NCBI GenBank assembly: GCA_051362555.1
Contig: CM120644.1
Span: 7,324,954-7,388,953, forward strand
Reading direction: 5' to 3'
Length of the DNA: 64,000 bases
Origin: Lingula anatina
Lineage: Eukaryota; Animalia; Brachiopoda
Part shown: positions 1-12,451 of the stretch, piece by piece
Numbering within the stretch: the stretch's first letter is position 1
How the letters are laid out: every line of letters starts with the position of its first letter
Translations under genes and position numbers: made by a program
The notes under the pieces: generated by a model
Told to the model about the DNA's origin: nothing
The model's database searches: none
The model's input: only the letters and a program-made list of their open reading frames with translations

Positions 1-1051
1 TTGCTGATTCATAAACTCGAGCTATTAGTCCTGTGAATCATTCCTTCAAGTTTTAAAAACAATATAATGACAGTGTTAAAAGAGCAATGCACATCCAAAC
101 TCACATCTGTAAAATGACATTTTGTGAAAAATGAAAAATTGACAATAAAAAAAGCAAGACTTCAAGAAAAGGAATATAACCCCCCAAAAAAACTTCAATG
201 CATTCCTACTTAATTTATTGATGGTTTTCCACTTATGATGATTATGAGAAAAATACCCAGAAAGTGTACAGTGACACCAAAGGCAAAAAGGTGAGTACAG
301 ATGCATTCACATAAAAACATAATAAGGGTCCAGAGAAACAGGAAATTCTGTCTAATCTGAAATCCGTTTATACTCCGTTTTATCACATTCTTATTAAAGG
401 TAATATCTGTCCATAAAAACAGGAAAATCTGTCTCACCTGAAATACGTTAACTTTATACTCTGTTTTATCACGTTCTTATTAAAGGTAATTTTTACATCC
501 TAGTACTCATAAATCTACACTGACCAATTGTTCTGGGAAATCCTCCCACTGTCTCCACTTCTGTGATATTTCTACCACTCTTTCAGACATATCCTCTTTG
601 CTCATAGCAAACATCCAAATTTGTTTTGGATTTCTCTTGCTGCAGTTGTATCTAATTAATCTGTTTTCCATTATATTTCTAAGAAAAAAAAATCACCCCA
701 CTTGAATTATTTCAGTTCTGATATATTAATAAAAAAATTTAAAGTAACAACTTTTGATCAGTAACAACTTTTGATCACCTATTCTCTCTAATCTACAAAC
801 AGCTCAACCACTTTTTAAACATATCTTAAAAGTGTCAATTCATTGAGGAAATGGGCATCTGTTTGTAATGAAATGAATTCATTTTTTCTGCATTTTGCTT
901 GAACTTTTAAATATTTGTCAGTTTTTTTAAGTAATTTGAATCACTGTCTTCCATTCATTGCACCATCTCCATTTCTGGCCTCCAAGTCAAGCCACGTCAG
1001 TGTAAGAGAAATTTTTACAAGAAAACATGAAGAACTCAGTTCTGTGAAAAA

Positions 1052-1362
1052 TCATTTCCCTTTCTTTTTTTTATTGGTCCTCTCTGCACTTTCTGATCTT
1101 GCCCTTTCTTTTTCTGAGCGCACCCTTTCTTCTTCTTCCATAACTAGTCGCTTTTCTTCCAATCTGCTGGCAGCACGTGGTGACTTGGAGTGTATTTTCA
1201 GGAAAATGTCACGAAATTTGTTGTCAGGGAACAAAGTTTCCATCATTCCTTCCATTATGACATAAAGCAGACGACGGTTCAGAGCTTTGTACTGAAACAT
1301 CTCAAACACGCGGAAAACCCCTTTTCTGGTGGTTTCACTGCCCACTAGGTGGCGTACTTCAT
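1052..1362 (-). CDS. Duplicate of the SNX13 terminal coding exon (candidate alternative last exon or partial duplicate)
   Basis: Exactly 11400 bp offset from 12452-12762. Intact acceptor (atttcag|AT), identical peptide, same TGA. Confidence 0.6.
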
Positions 1363-1710
1363 CTGAAATAGTAACCGAGTTCTCAAGAGTGAAACTTCTG
1401 AGACATGACTTGATATTAATATACAGGGTGGTCCATAAAAAGTGACCTACTTTACCTTAAAGGTTTCCAATTTCTGCAGAATTTGTAAGGATAAAATGGT
1501 CATCCTTATGGAACAGCTCGGTGAAAGAAAGTTGGAAATATCTTAATTATACCAAATTTGAGATGGAAAGTAAAATTTGTCAATTTAAAAAAAATTTACC
1601 ATGAAAGCTATAATATAAGTACATGTGGTTAAAAATTACGAGACTTGCAAATGTGGGGTGTTGCATTCCATGCATACATTCTTTCCCAAACCAGGACAAT
1701 GCACCATGTT

Positions 1711-1877
1711 AAGGCCCGTAGCCAGGGGGGTTCGGGGGGTTCGAAAGAACCGCCCCTTTTGTCAGGAAAAGGTCCATTTTAGGTAAAATTTTATCTAGAT
1801 ACACATAAGTTTTATTGTAAAAGGTCCACTTTTTCAGAATAAGAACCCCCCTTTTGAATTTGCTGGCTACGGGCCTG
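1711..1877. mobile_element. hAT-like MITE with 5-bp TSD
   Basis: TIR (a)aggcccgtagccag...ctggctacgggcctg, flanked by ATGTT on both sides (1706-1710, 1878-1882). Confidence 0.75.
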
Positions 1878-3463
1878 ATGTTCGCAAACATTGCTACATA
1901 GTAGGTTTATGGTCTGCTATGAAATGCATTTGTCGACAGTAGATAAGCTCTGATATAGCATAAGTAAAAAAGGAAAAATATAACACTCTATCTCATGAAA
2001 TTTAATTCCATCCACAGGTCATCCCTATAAACACTTGAATTTCTGTAAAATCCAATGTCCACTACCAAAATATCCCTTTTTTTTTTTGGAACATGTCACA
2101 ACTAATAATTTGTATTATTAAGTGCGATTTACTTAAAATGTTTGACGTAAAATGAATAAGGTAAAATGAATTTGAAAAACACTTTTTTTAACACGGAATG
2201 TCCCTGCTTGGATGTGTTAAACCATAGAATTAGATAAGGCTTTAATGTGCATTATAATTACTGGTACAAATCAAGCACTGAGGATTACCAGAAGCATTCA
2301 TTTGAACAAAACTTTGAAGAATTTACGTAAAGAGGAATTTAATGGGTCACTACCTGAGATTTTCCTTGGAAAACGAATTTCCTGGGGTAAAGAGCAATTT
2401 ATCCTAACTCAGGAGTTTTAAGTACTTGACCCTTCCTCGTACTCAATATTTCAATCCATTTTGCATAGTTTAGTTGAAATTGCCTAGCCAAAAGTGAGTC
2501 AACCACATTGCCTCATTTTTCACACAAAACACGGCGGGGTGTTTTGTACTGCAGCTCTGTGCCCCGTATAATACAGACATTCCAAGCTGATAAAGGCTAC
2601 CCAAGGAGACTGAGAAATGAAAACGTTAAACACGGGCATTTTGTGCGTTTGCGTCGAATAGAACTACCTGTGTTCACCATGCACATATGCATGTACAAAC
2701 AGATTTGCCCCCTAAGGGTTTCTTCAAATCCCTGATTTCATAATTATCATTGTTTCAAATATGTTAATTTCACACTCTTCAAGTATCACACTAATTAGAT
2801 CCTACTGCCAAGATCTTGCTGGCTTTCATACACCCTGAGGACCATGCGGAAGATAGAGGGGCAAGGGGGAATAAATCGTTAATTTTCAATGTTTCTGCCA
2901 TCAATGAATAAAATATGATAAATTAAATAAATTCATATCGGTAAACGACGTTTCACTTGCTCCATCTGTATATTCGGATATGATCCTATGGTTACGAGAG
3001 TAGTAGTCAATCTTTACCAGTAGGGTAGCCCTTATGTGGCCATTCTTGGATTCTATGACTGCAATGCAAATACACGTCTATACATTAATTTAGTATAATG
3101 CTATACTGCCAAAGGTAATAAAAAACTTTATATCCTCATTATTTCCTTAATACTTCAAAATCGGTCTTTAATTGATTAACAAAGACCTCAAAAAAGATTC
3201 AGCTTCTGAGATTGGATTCGAAAAATTATTCTCTCTTTTCTTTTGAAAATAGCTGCGGTTAATTAGAATTACATGCCTCAACACTGTTGATTAGGTTACT
3301 GAGTAATCAATTAGCACCTCTAACAAAACAGTGCTACTTAAAAAGGAGTTCCAACGAGCAGCTGCAGCATACAGTTTCAGAAATCAGCACTACCTGAGAC
3401 TTCCGAAGAGTAAATATTGTCAACGTTCGATTGCCGGTCTTGCACAAGAAACCAAGGCTTGAG

Positions 3464-4321
3464 ATGGAAGGAGTTAGCTCACTTGGCGCAAACCATCGTA
3501 GTCAAATGGAAATCATCAAAGATACCGACCATGCCGCAGACGAAGTCGAACAGAGCAATGGCCAAGAGAAATGTGCCCGTATCATGAGTCTTTTATATCG
3601 TATCTCCGAAATAGGCACGAGCATCGCTCATCTTGACGAAGCCGTAGCTGCGATCAAACTACTTCACGGCGAAATAGAAGAAAGCGCATTTGGTGTTGGG
3701 GAGCTGAGAGCCAAACTTTTTGACAGCAATGCAGATATATTGGCTATTGCCAGGTTTGTAATGAACAGATTGTACCAGGTAGAAAGCTCTGGGTTCGACC
3801 AGCAGAGGAAGCTGCCGAGCCACGCAGTGGAGCAGCGCATATTTACGGCCCAAGTTCAGGCAGTGCGTCGCCATCTTCACGAAACGATCACCGATTTCTA
3901 CCGCTCATACCAGACCCACGAGTTTAACTACAAAAAGCGCCTGGAACGTCAACTTGATATACAAGCCAGCAGCAGGCATCCATCCGACAAAATTCAAGAT
4001 TTTCTTTTTGCAGAACCTGACAAAACTTTCACCAGCGATATTCGCACGGGCGTTGAGGGCGGCAACCCAGAGATGTATATCGAAGCAGTGAACAACCAAC
4101 TGGCGGACATTGAACAACTCTTTAAAGACTCCCACAGACACGCAGATGGTGTAAGTGACGTCTCAGACATAATTGAGCGCCACGTCGCGGAGGCAGATAT
4201 TGTCGTTTTTAAACCAGCTATAACATATAAGAAGAAAATCCATCCTTTGCTGCGTTGCGTGTTAGCGCCAGTTTTCGCCATCAAAAGAAGTCGGAGAAAG
4301 CGTTTGTATGCAACAAGATGA
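3464..4321 (+). CDS. Intronless divergent syntaxin-like protein (Habc-like region plus degenerate Qa-SNARE motif, no C-terminal TM), ~285 aa
   Basis: Long GC-richer ORF in an AT-rich background, first ATG at 3464. EQRIFTAQVQAVRRHLHETITDF..YKKRLERQLDI parallels syntaxin Hc (LRIRKTQHSTLSRKFVEVM..CKGRIQRQLEI). LADIEQLFKD...DIIERHV parallels the SNARE motif. AATAAA near 4678. Confidence 0.72.
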   Translation: MEGVSSLGANHRSQMEIIKDTDHAADEVEQSNGQEKCARIMSLLYRISEIGTSIAHLDEAVAAIKLLHGEIEESAFGVGELRAKLFDSNADILAIARFVMNRLYQVESSGFDQQRKLPSHAVEQRIFTAQVQAVRRHLHETITDFYRSYQTHEFNYKKRLERQLDIQASSRHPSDKIQDFLFAEPDKTFTSDIRTGVEGGNPEMYIEAVNNQLADIEQLFKDSHRHADGVSDVSDIIERHVAEADIVVFKPAITYKKKIHPLLRCVLAPVFAIKRSRRKRLYATR

Positions 4322-6257
4322 AATTGTAAATTAGATACATATGTTAGTGACTGTTCGCTGCATGTAGGCCTACCTACCGTAGCAGAAAATTAAGCTGATT
4401 AAACAAAAATATACATATATGCCATAAACATTCAGTAAACAGTTACCTGGAATGAAAATCACACACTGTACCTCAAGGAATGGTATCAATCACTAACTTT
4501 TATAAGGAAGACCAGCGCGTTTAACGCCCCATGCACTTAGTATTTAAAGCTCAGATAACGTTTCGTTCGCAAGATTTGTATTCTGTCATTCTTTTACGCG
4601 ATATAATCGTACAGTTAGCCACCATTACAGTCATCTTGCCTAACATCATTAAAGTTGTGCATATATTTTTGATAAGAAATAAATTGTAGATTATTCAATA
4701 GCGTGGTCATTCTTGTGTTCGTTTTCTTTTTCTTTCTTTCCTTCTTTTCTCTCTCTCTCTCTTTTGGGTGGTTGGGGTGGGTAGCGCGCGGCGGTGGTAT
4801 ATCAGGGATGTGTTTGTGTCACCCAATCAGCCGAAAGTGTCACAGTTTCAGTCGGTCCTAAAACCTTAATTTAATTGTAACTTACACGGTGCATGTCCTG
4901 AACACAATTAAAGAGATGCTACACACAGTACCATGATAAACCGTAAGTGGTGACTAATTATTTACTGAAAACTGCAATAATGATTTTTACAATAACAGGA
5001 AATACCCACGTTTTTCTGTCACCTTGATCGGTTAATGGCCCTTAATACAACAACAAATGATTAAAGAATTTAAGAAAATATAAAAAAATATTTTGATCGC
5101 TGTTTTTCGCATTATGATAAACTAATATGGTATTATAACATCCTTATCCGTTATATGCTAATTCACTTTTACTCAAACGTATATAGATTATTTGTTGTCT
5201 GATAACTCTCAACAAAAAACAAACTACCAAACTTTTTATAAATCGCAATATACCTGAGTAAAGAGAGTCCAATACAACACGGTGCATTTCTCCATGAGCT
5301 TTTTCCATCTCCATCTCTTTTCCATCTTATACCGATGTGCTCATTCATGTCCAGTCGATGTTGATTACAAATTCATGTTGAACTTCATATTTATAACAGC
5401 TTTTATCCCAACAATAAAGAATTTTAATTTTAAAAAGTTTTTTTTCTTCCCGCTTGCATTTTTTGGGAACTATCCATATAGCTGCATTTTTCTTTGTAAC
5501 TGCCCAATGTTCACCCGTTTCTGCATTAGCTGGAGAGGACAATGCTTTCCCGTCTCTGTTACGTATTATTGTGGTATTCATTGAGCAAAAATCTTCTAAA
5601 ATCGTCTATTTACTCATACGATGCACAAGACCAAATGAGTTGAAATCAGTGCTGTAAAATGATTGTTACTAATTGTAGCTGCACTCAGTCAAAAAGGGAA
5701 GTCTCCTTTACTGGTTGAATTTATTGAATTCAAACGTAAAACTGAAAGAAAAAATAAAACATAATAAATAACAAAACAAAAAATGTAGCGATAAGTAAAG
5801 AAATATTGATAACAAATTAAAATACAAAATAACCTAAAAATTGATAACAAATTTACACGAAGTACATACGAAAGTGTAAGAAAAAAGGATAGACGGAAAC
5901 GTTGCAAAGACCCAAAGCCGGAGAAGTTTACGTTATTTTAGCGTTGAAATAATTTGCCTTATCCCCGACCAAGTGTGCTAATATCGTTATAAAAGGATAG
6001 ATAGAAACGTTGAAATACCCAAAGCCAGAGAAGTTTACGTTATCATTGAAATAATTACCTTTTCCTCTGACTGGGTGTGCTAAAATGGTGTCGTTAGAGT
6101 ACCCTTATCGTTCTGTGTAAGAAATTGAAGTGAGCAAAAAGAAATAGGGAGGCCTTATATACGCTGTGAAATGAAAACTGTTCAGTGCAGGGTGTGGTAC
6201 AGGCATGTGACTGTGCGGTTAGGTAAGTGCGGTGGCCTGTAACGTTATAATTAGTAG

Positions 6258-6295
<38 letters not shown>

Positions 6296-6854
6296 AACAG
6301 AGAAAGAACGGAAAATGTACTTCGCATAAGTAAACACAGAAACTCAAATAAAAATAAATAAATAAGAATATCGCGGGCAGTTACACTAATGCGAGAAGCA
6401 AGAACTAAATTGTCATTTTAAAATCAAATTTTATTCCATCTACCAGAAGGTTTAATTGCACAGTGCCCAATTGTGTTCATTTTCATCTTTAACATCATGT
6501 ATTTGTTCCCATATCAGTCACCATCCACAGCTTGAAATTTCATCAGCAAATGATGACAAACAATTTTATCGAATTGAGTCTATCCAAATTCTATTCAAAA
6601 TTAAAATTTCAGAAATATATGTGTCACTTTTTTTCAGAAAGCATGTGCTTTTTAGTTCAAGGAATGATTTCATTTGTTGAGATATAAGAAGGCAGCAAAG
6701 CTGTCAAATGTACAGACAAAAAAACAAAATAAAGATGCAAAAAAGGTCATTTTGTCAATTTTGATGCAATAATAAATAATGGTTATATATATATAATAGT
6801 ACTGTCAGTCAACACTGAATTTTAATCATGCACAACAGGTAACATGGTCAATAA

Positions 6855-7021
6855 CAGGGGTGGACCCTGAGATATTTTCTGACAGTATTCCAAAGTATCT
6901 ATGTTGATCCATCCTCCATTTTGATGGTCTTCCAACAGAAAAAAATAGATACCAGTCAATATAAACTTAATAACCTGACTGTCTTCCGGAAGACCCACAA
7001 GATGGTCTCAATCCACCCCTT
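6855..7021. mobile_element. hAT-like MITE (CAGGGG termini), same family as 21192-21358 in opposite orientation
   Basis: caggggtggaccctgagatattttctgacag... is the reverse complement of the 21192 element; AATAA at both flanks (imperfect). Confidence 0.65.
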
Positions 7022-7251
7022 CAATAAGATTACAGTTTCAGGACAATGAGAGACCAAAGTCACATGATGAAAGTCTCAATATCTGAAAAATGATGACAGT
7101 GCATAAAATAATATTACATAATGTTTAAAGACATAAAAAACAATACAATTGCTTATGTGGAAATACAGAAAATGTGCAGAGCCTTGAGCGGATGAGAGCT
7201 AAAAGTCACAAATGCAAGTGTTTGAGAAAAAATTGTAAAGGAAAACATAAC

Positions 7252-7488
7252 AAAACTAGAAAACCACCGAGAATGCAGACCTCTGCCAAGGCAGCAATTG
7301 TTGATTATTATTGATTATTGATTGATTATTGAGAAAGACCACCACTAAAAACTAATCATTGTCCTCTTTGGCCCAATTCTGACAGTTCCTGAAAATTTCA
7401 GCAAAATCGGTCCATAACTTTTTGAGTTATGTTGATGACAGACAAACAGGGGTGAAAATATAGCCTCCTTGGCAGAGCCTGAGGTAAA
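7252..7488 (+). mobile_element. Short HINE/DINE-like element nested in the larger repeat
   Basis: aaaactagaaaa start, subterminal cctctgccaagg inverted against 3' ccttggcagag, gacagacaaacag microsatellite near the 3' end. Confidence 0.5.
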
Positions 7489-10400
7489 TATAATTCCAAT
7501 GAAGCTGCTATTCAAACTTTTAATCTTCGATTATATATATATATAATAACCTGCATAATTATCACTGATTCCTTATTATTAATCTAGCAGAGAGCTTAAC
7601 TTTTGGGAGTTTAATGGCCTATCGATTAGGCAAATTTAATGGCCTATCAATTAGGCAAATGATTTTATAACTCAGACTTTAGCTAAGTGATACCCAAGGG
7701 ATATTAACAGACTGAACCTCTCAAAGGTCTTTCAGGCCCATAAGTCACATCTTAAGAAAAGCACAAAACAATAATGTACAAAATAGGAGACTACCAATTC
7801 TGATGCAATAATACATTATGTTTTACTGCACAGTCAACATCAAATTTTAATTATACACAACAGGTAACACCAATGAAAGTAAAAGCATAAGGCTTCAGGC
7901 CCATCAGAGTTCAAGTTTTTACTTAGAAAGTGCCAGAATGAGAAAAATGAAAATTTCACACAAAATTGCATAAATTCAATAATAAATGATAACCCAATTG
8001 ACCTGGCTTTCTAATTTGAACTGCATGCCAATCCTAAAAATCATACTTGTAAGTTAAAAATAATAATAAGTAACACAGTTTTCTTTTCAGAATGTTTGCA
8101 GTAGCAGTGCAAAAAGAATGTTGTCAATTTTGATGTAACATTACATAATAAATTATAGAATAATTATCACCAATTTTCGATTATTGACTATAAATAGCAT
8201 GTACATGTAGAAAATTTGATTACCATTCGGCTTCATGTCCATGGGAGCTCCGAGTCCCACAATGAATATGCCAAAAAGATAATGAATATTTCACTCAAAT
8301 GTATAACTTCCAGAAAAAGAAGCCAATTAGACTGCTTTTCCAACTCATTCTGCATTTTAGTCCAGTGTTTCTTTTTTAAAGGTTTGACAGTCATAAGTGA
8401 CACAGTTTTCCCATAATGGTCATCATGGCAGCAGCACCAAAAATTGTGTTTTCTTCTATTTTGATTCAACATTACATAATGCTTAACAGCATAATGACCA
8501 TCAATTTTTTATAATAGAATATTAGTAACATGGACATTCAGAAAACGTGACAAGCAAAGGTCTTCAGGATCATGGAACTTCAAAGTCACACCTTGAAACG
8601 CCAATAAGTGAAAAATTAAATTTTCACAAAAAACTGTTTAATTGCCAGAAAAAATTACCAAACAGACTGCATTGCCTACTGAAGCTGTATTTTAGACCCA
8701 TGTTTCTTTCCTGTAAGTTTGAAAACAGTAATTGACATGATTTTTCTTAAATGGTCATCATGGGAGCAGTGCCCAAAATAGGGGTTTCTTCAAATTTTGA
8801 TGCAATATTACATAATGTTTAACAGCATAATGACCATCAATTTTTAATAATAGAATATTAGTAACATGAACATTCAGAAAATGTGACAAGCAAAGGTCTG
8901 CAGGCTCATGGAACTACAGAGTCACACCTTGAAAATGCCAATATGTGAAAAATTAAATTTTCACAAAAAACTGTTTAACTGCCAGAAAAAATTACCAAAC
9001 AGACTGCATTGCCTACTGAAGCTGTATTTTAGCCCCATGTTTCTTTCCTGTAAGTTTGAATACAGTAAGTGACATGGTTTTTCTTAAATGGTCATCATGG
9101 GAGCAGTGCCCAAAATAGGGGTTTCTTCAAATTTTGATGCAATATTACATAATGTTTAACAGCATAATGACCATCAATTTTTAATAATAGAATATTAGTA
9201 ACATGAACATTCAGAAAATGTGACTAGCAAAGGTCTGCAGGCTCATGGGACTTCAAAGTCATGTCTTAAAAATGCCAAAATGTAAACAAGACAGCACTGT
9301 TCTGAAATGGGTTTATTTCCATTTTTAACACTTTTTAAACATAAAACAAAATAAATATTTTACTGCCATTTTTATATGTCCAACTAAGAAAATTGATGAG
9401 ATTGGAAAAATATCAATAGAACAGTGTTAAATGTCCAATTTCCTCCATTCTGAGATTCTGAACATAGTGGATGATTGAATCTGACAAACTGCAATGATAT
9501 GAGTTTATTTCCATTTTTGACACTTTATTACACAATACACGATGACAGGTTTACCATCATTTTTACATAATCAACTAACAATGTTGTAAAGATGCAGGAA
9601 ATATCAAACAAACACATTTATGTATCTTATTAGTTAAATAATGAGACTGTTAACATGCCTAAGAATTGAATCTGAGGAAATGTGAAAAAACCGCATAACT
9701 TCTAAAATAAAGGCCCGATTATGCTGATTTTCGAACTCAACCTGCGTTTTAGTAAGTTTGACTACTCCTGGGAGTAAAATGACAATTGGCCTATCTGTTT
9801 TTCTTATATTGTGTTATCAGTGTTGCATATATGTTGAAAAAAGTGAAAAAACAGCGTAACTTCCCTAAAAATGACCTGATCATGCTGATTTTCGAACTTG
9901 ACCTGCGTATTATGAATATTCATCAGTTTTGTAAGTTTCAATCAAAAAAGTAAAATGGTTTTCCACTTATCGTGTTATCGGTGCTGCATATATGCTGAAA
10001 AAAGTGAAAAAACAGCATAACTTCCCTAAAAATGGCCCGATCATGTTGATTTTCGAACTTAACCTGCGTATTATGAATATTCATCAGTTCTGAAAGTTTC
10101 AAGCCAAAAGGAAAAACAGTTTTCTACTTATCGTGTTATCGGTAAAAGTGCACGACGGCGACGACGACAGACGCAGATGATGGCTATATGTACAGACACA
10201 TCTGTGTCTGTACATAATAAGCTTTATATAATTACAAAAAGCAACCATGGAAGAGGAAAAATTGAGGCCGACTATAACTGTTCTCCTGTTATTTGACACT
10301 ATCTCAAAGACATTCATTGGGATGTTAATTCTGAATACACCTCATTACAACAGGCTTAAAAACTGTCAAATAGTCAATAATAAATACTCAGAAAATGTAA

Positions 10401-10514
10401 ATAGCACAGGGCTTCAGACCCCTGGGAGTTTTTAGTCATTTGGCAAATGCCTAAATGTGAAAAATGAAACTTTCATAAGAAAAAAAAACTGCTTTACTTC
10501 AAGAAAAAATCCAG

Positions 10515-12210
10515 TCTTGCTGATTCACAAACCCGAGCTTTAAGTCCTTTGAATAATTCCTTCAAGTTTTAAAAACAATAAGTGAGACAATCTTTAAATC
10601 ATGTTTATAATGACAGTGTTACAAGAGCAATGCACACCTTAGAAGTCACATCCGTAATATGATATTTTGTGAAAAATGAAAAATTGACAATAAAAAAGCA
10701 TGACTTCAAGAAAAGGAATATAACCCAAAAAACCTTTAACGCATTCCTACATAAATAATTGATGTAAGTTTATGCATTAACTGAAAGCTTTTCCACTTAT
10801 GATAATTATGAGAAAAATATCAGGAAAATATACAGTGACACCAGGGGCAAGGACTAAAGTGATTACATATGCAGTCACATTGAAACAAAATTTCTGTCTA
10901 TAAAAAACAGGAAATTCTGTCTTGCCTGAAATCCCTGAAATCCTACCGTGTTTTATCACAATCTTAATAAAGGTAATCTTTACATCCTATATAAATTTCC
11001 ACTAACCAATTTTTCTGGGAAATGGTTCCTCTGTGACACTTCCGCTACTCTTTCAGAGATATCCTCTCTGCTCATAACAAACATCCAAATTTGCTTTCAG
11101 TTTCTCTTTCTGCAGTTAGATCTAATCAATCTGGATTCCATAACATTTCCCAGTAAAAATTTCTCCTGAATTATTCTCCTTGAATTATTGCAGTTATGAT
11201 ATATTTATATAAAAAAACTCAAATAAAAGTAACATCTCTTGATCACTGAGGCCCTTTTCTCTCTAATCTACAAACAGCTCTATTTTAAAATCTTGCTGAT
11301 TCATAAATCTGAGCTATAAGTCCTGTGAATTATTCCTTCAAGTTTTAAAATCAATAAGTAAGACAATCTTTAAATCATGTTTATAATGACAATGTTACAA
11401 GAGCAGTTAATGCACATCCAAACTCACATCTGTAAAATGACAATTTGTGAAATGAAAAATTGACAATAAAAAAAGCCAGACTTAAAAAAAAAAGGAATAT
11501 GACCCAAAAACTTTCAATGTATTCCTACATAAATAATTGATGTAAGTTTATGCATTAACTGATAGCTTTTCCACTTATGAGAAAAATATCCAGAAAATGT
11601 ACAGTGACAACACGGGCAAAAAGGTGATTGCAGATATATTCACATAAAAGCATAATAAGGGTCCAGAGAAACAGGAAATTCTGTCTCACCTGAAATCCAT
11701 TTATACTCAGTTTTATCACATTCTTATTAAAGGTTAAACCTGTCCATAGAAACAGGAAATTCTGTCTCATCTGAAATCTGTTTATACTCTGTTCTATCAC
11801 GTTCTTATTAAAGGTAATATTCGTCCATAGAAACAGGAAATTCTGTCTCACCTGAAATATGTTAACTTTATAGTCTGTTTTATCCCGTTCTTATTAAAGG
11901 TAATTTTTACATCCTAGTACTCATAAGTTTACACTGACCAATTTTTCTGGGAAGTCCTCCCCCTGTCTCCAACTCTGTGATACTTCCGCCACTCTTTCAG
12001 AGATTTCCTCTTTGCTCATAACAAACATCCAAATTTGTTTTTGATTTCTCTTACTGCAGTTGGATCTAATCAGTCTGTTTTCCATTCTATTTCCAAGAAA
12101 AAAAATTTCACGTGACTTGAATTATTTCAGTTCCGATATATCAATACCAAAAAACTCAAAGTAACAACTTTTGATAACTGAGGCCCTATTCACTCTAATC
12201 TACAAACAGT
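10515..12210. repeat. Older diverged tandem duplication downstream of the SNX13 stop (10515-11280 vs 11290-12210), with internal ~81-bp repeats
   Basis: Both units begin tcttgctgattca.aaa..gagct.taagtcc and end ctctaatctacaaacag; the aaacaggaaattctgtctcacctgaaat module occurs 1x, 3x and (in the 1-800 copy) 2x. Confidence 0.75.
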
Positions 12211-12451
12211 GCAACCACTTTCTAAACTAATTTCTTTTTAGTGTCAATTCATTGAGGAAATGGGCATCTGTTTGAAATTAAATGAGCTCATTTTTTCTGC
12301 ATGTAGCTTGAAAAATTGTCAGTTTTTTAAGTAATTTGAATCACTGTCTTCCATTCATTGCATCATCTCCATTTCTGGCCCCCAAGTCAAGCCACATCAG
12401 TGTAAGAGAATTTTTTTCAAGAAAACATGAACATCTCAGTTCTGTGAAAAA

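Larger units (their letters stand above)
1..2560. repeat. Segmental duplicate of the SNX13 3' end (copy of ~11293-13980), running off the window start
   Basis: 1-~1580 aligns to 11293-~12980. ~1975-2560 aligns to ~13160-13230 joined to ~13505-13980, i.e. with the penultimate exon (13378-13490) absent. Alignment ends at the shared gttttgtactgcagctctgt (2560 / 13980). Confidence 0.9.
6686..10216 (+). mobile_element. Large Helentron-associated (HINE/DINE-like) composite element with internal tandem arrays
   Basis: Starts aaggcagcaaagctgtcaaatgtacagac. Ends with a (gac)n-like microsatellite then the palindrome atgtacagacacatctgtgtctgtacat. Internal ~335-bp repeats (8480-9270) and ~120-bp repeats (9700-10140). 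Same termini as 25617-26508. Single-element boundaries are inferred. Confidence 0.55.

Noticed and set aside
915-1265. Plus-strand 116-aa ORF and its twin at 12336-12665
   Set aside because: Antisense shadow of the SNX13 terminal exon.
3431-3463. TTG start given by the ORF track for the syntaxin-like gene
   Set aside because: Eukaryotic context; the first in-frame ATG is at 3464.
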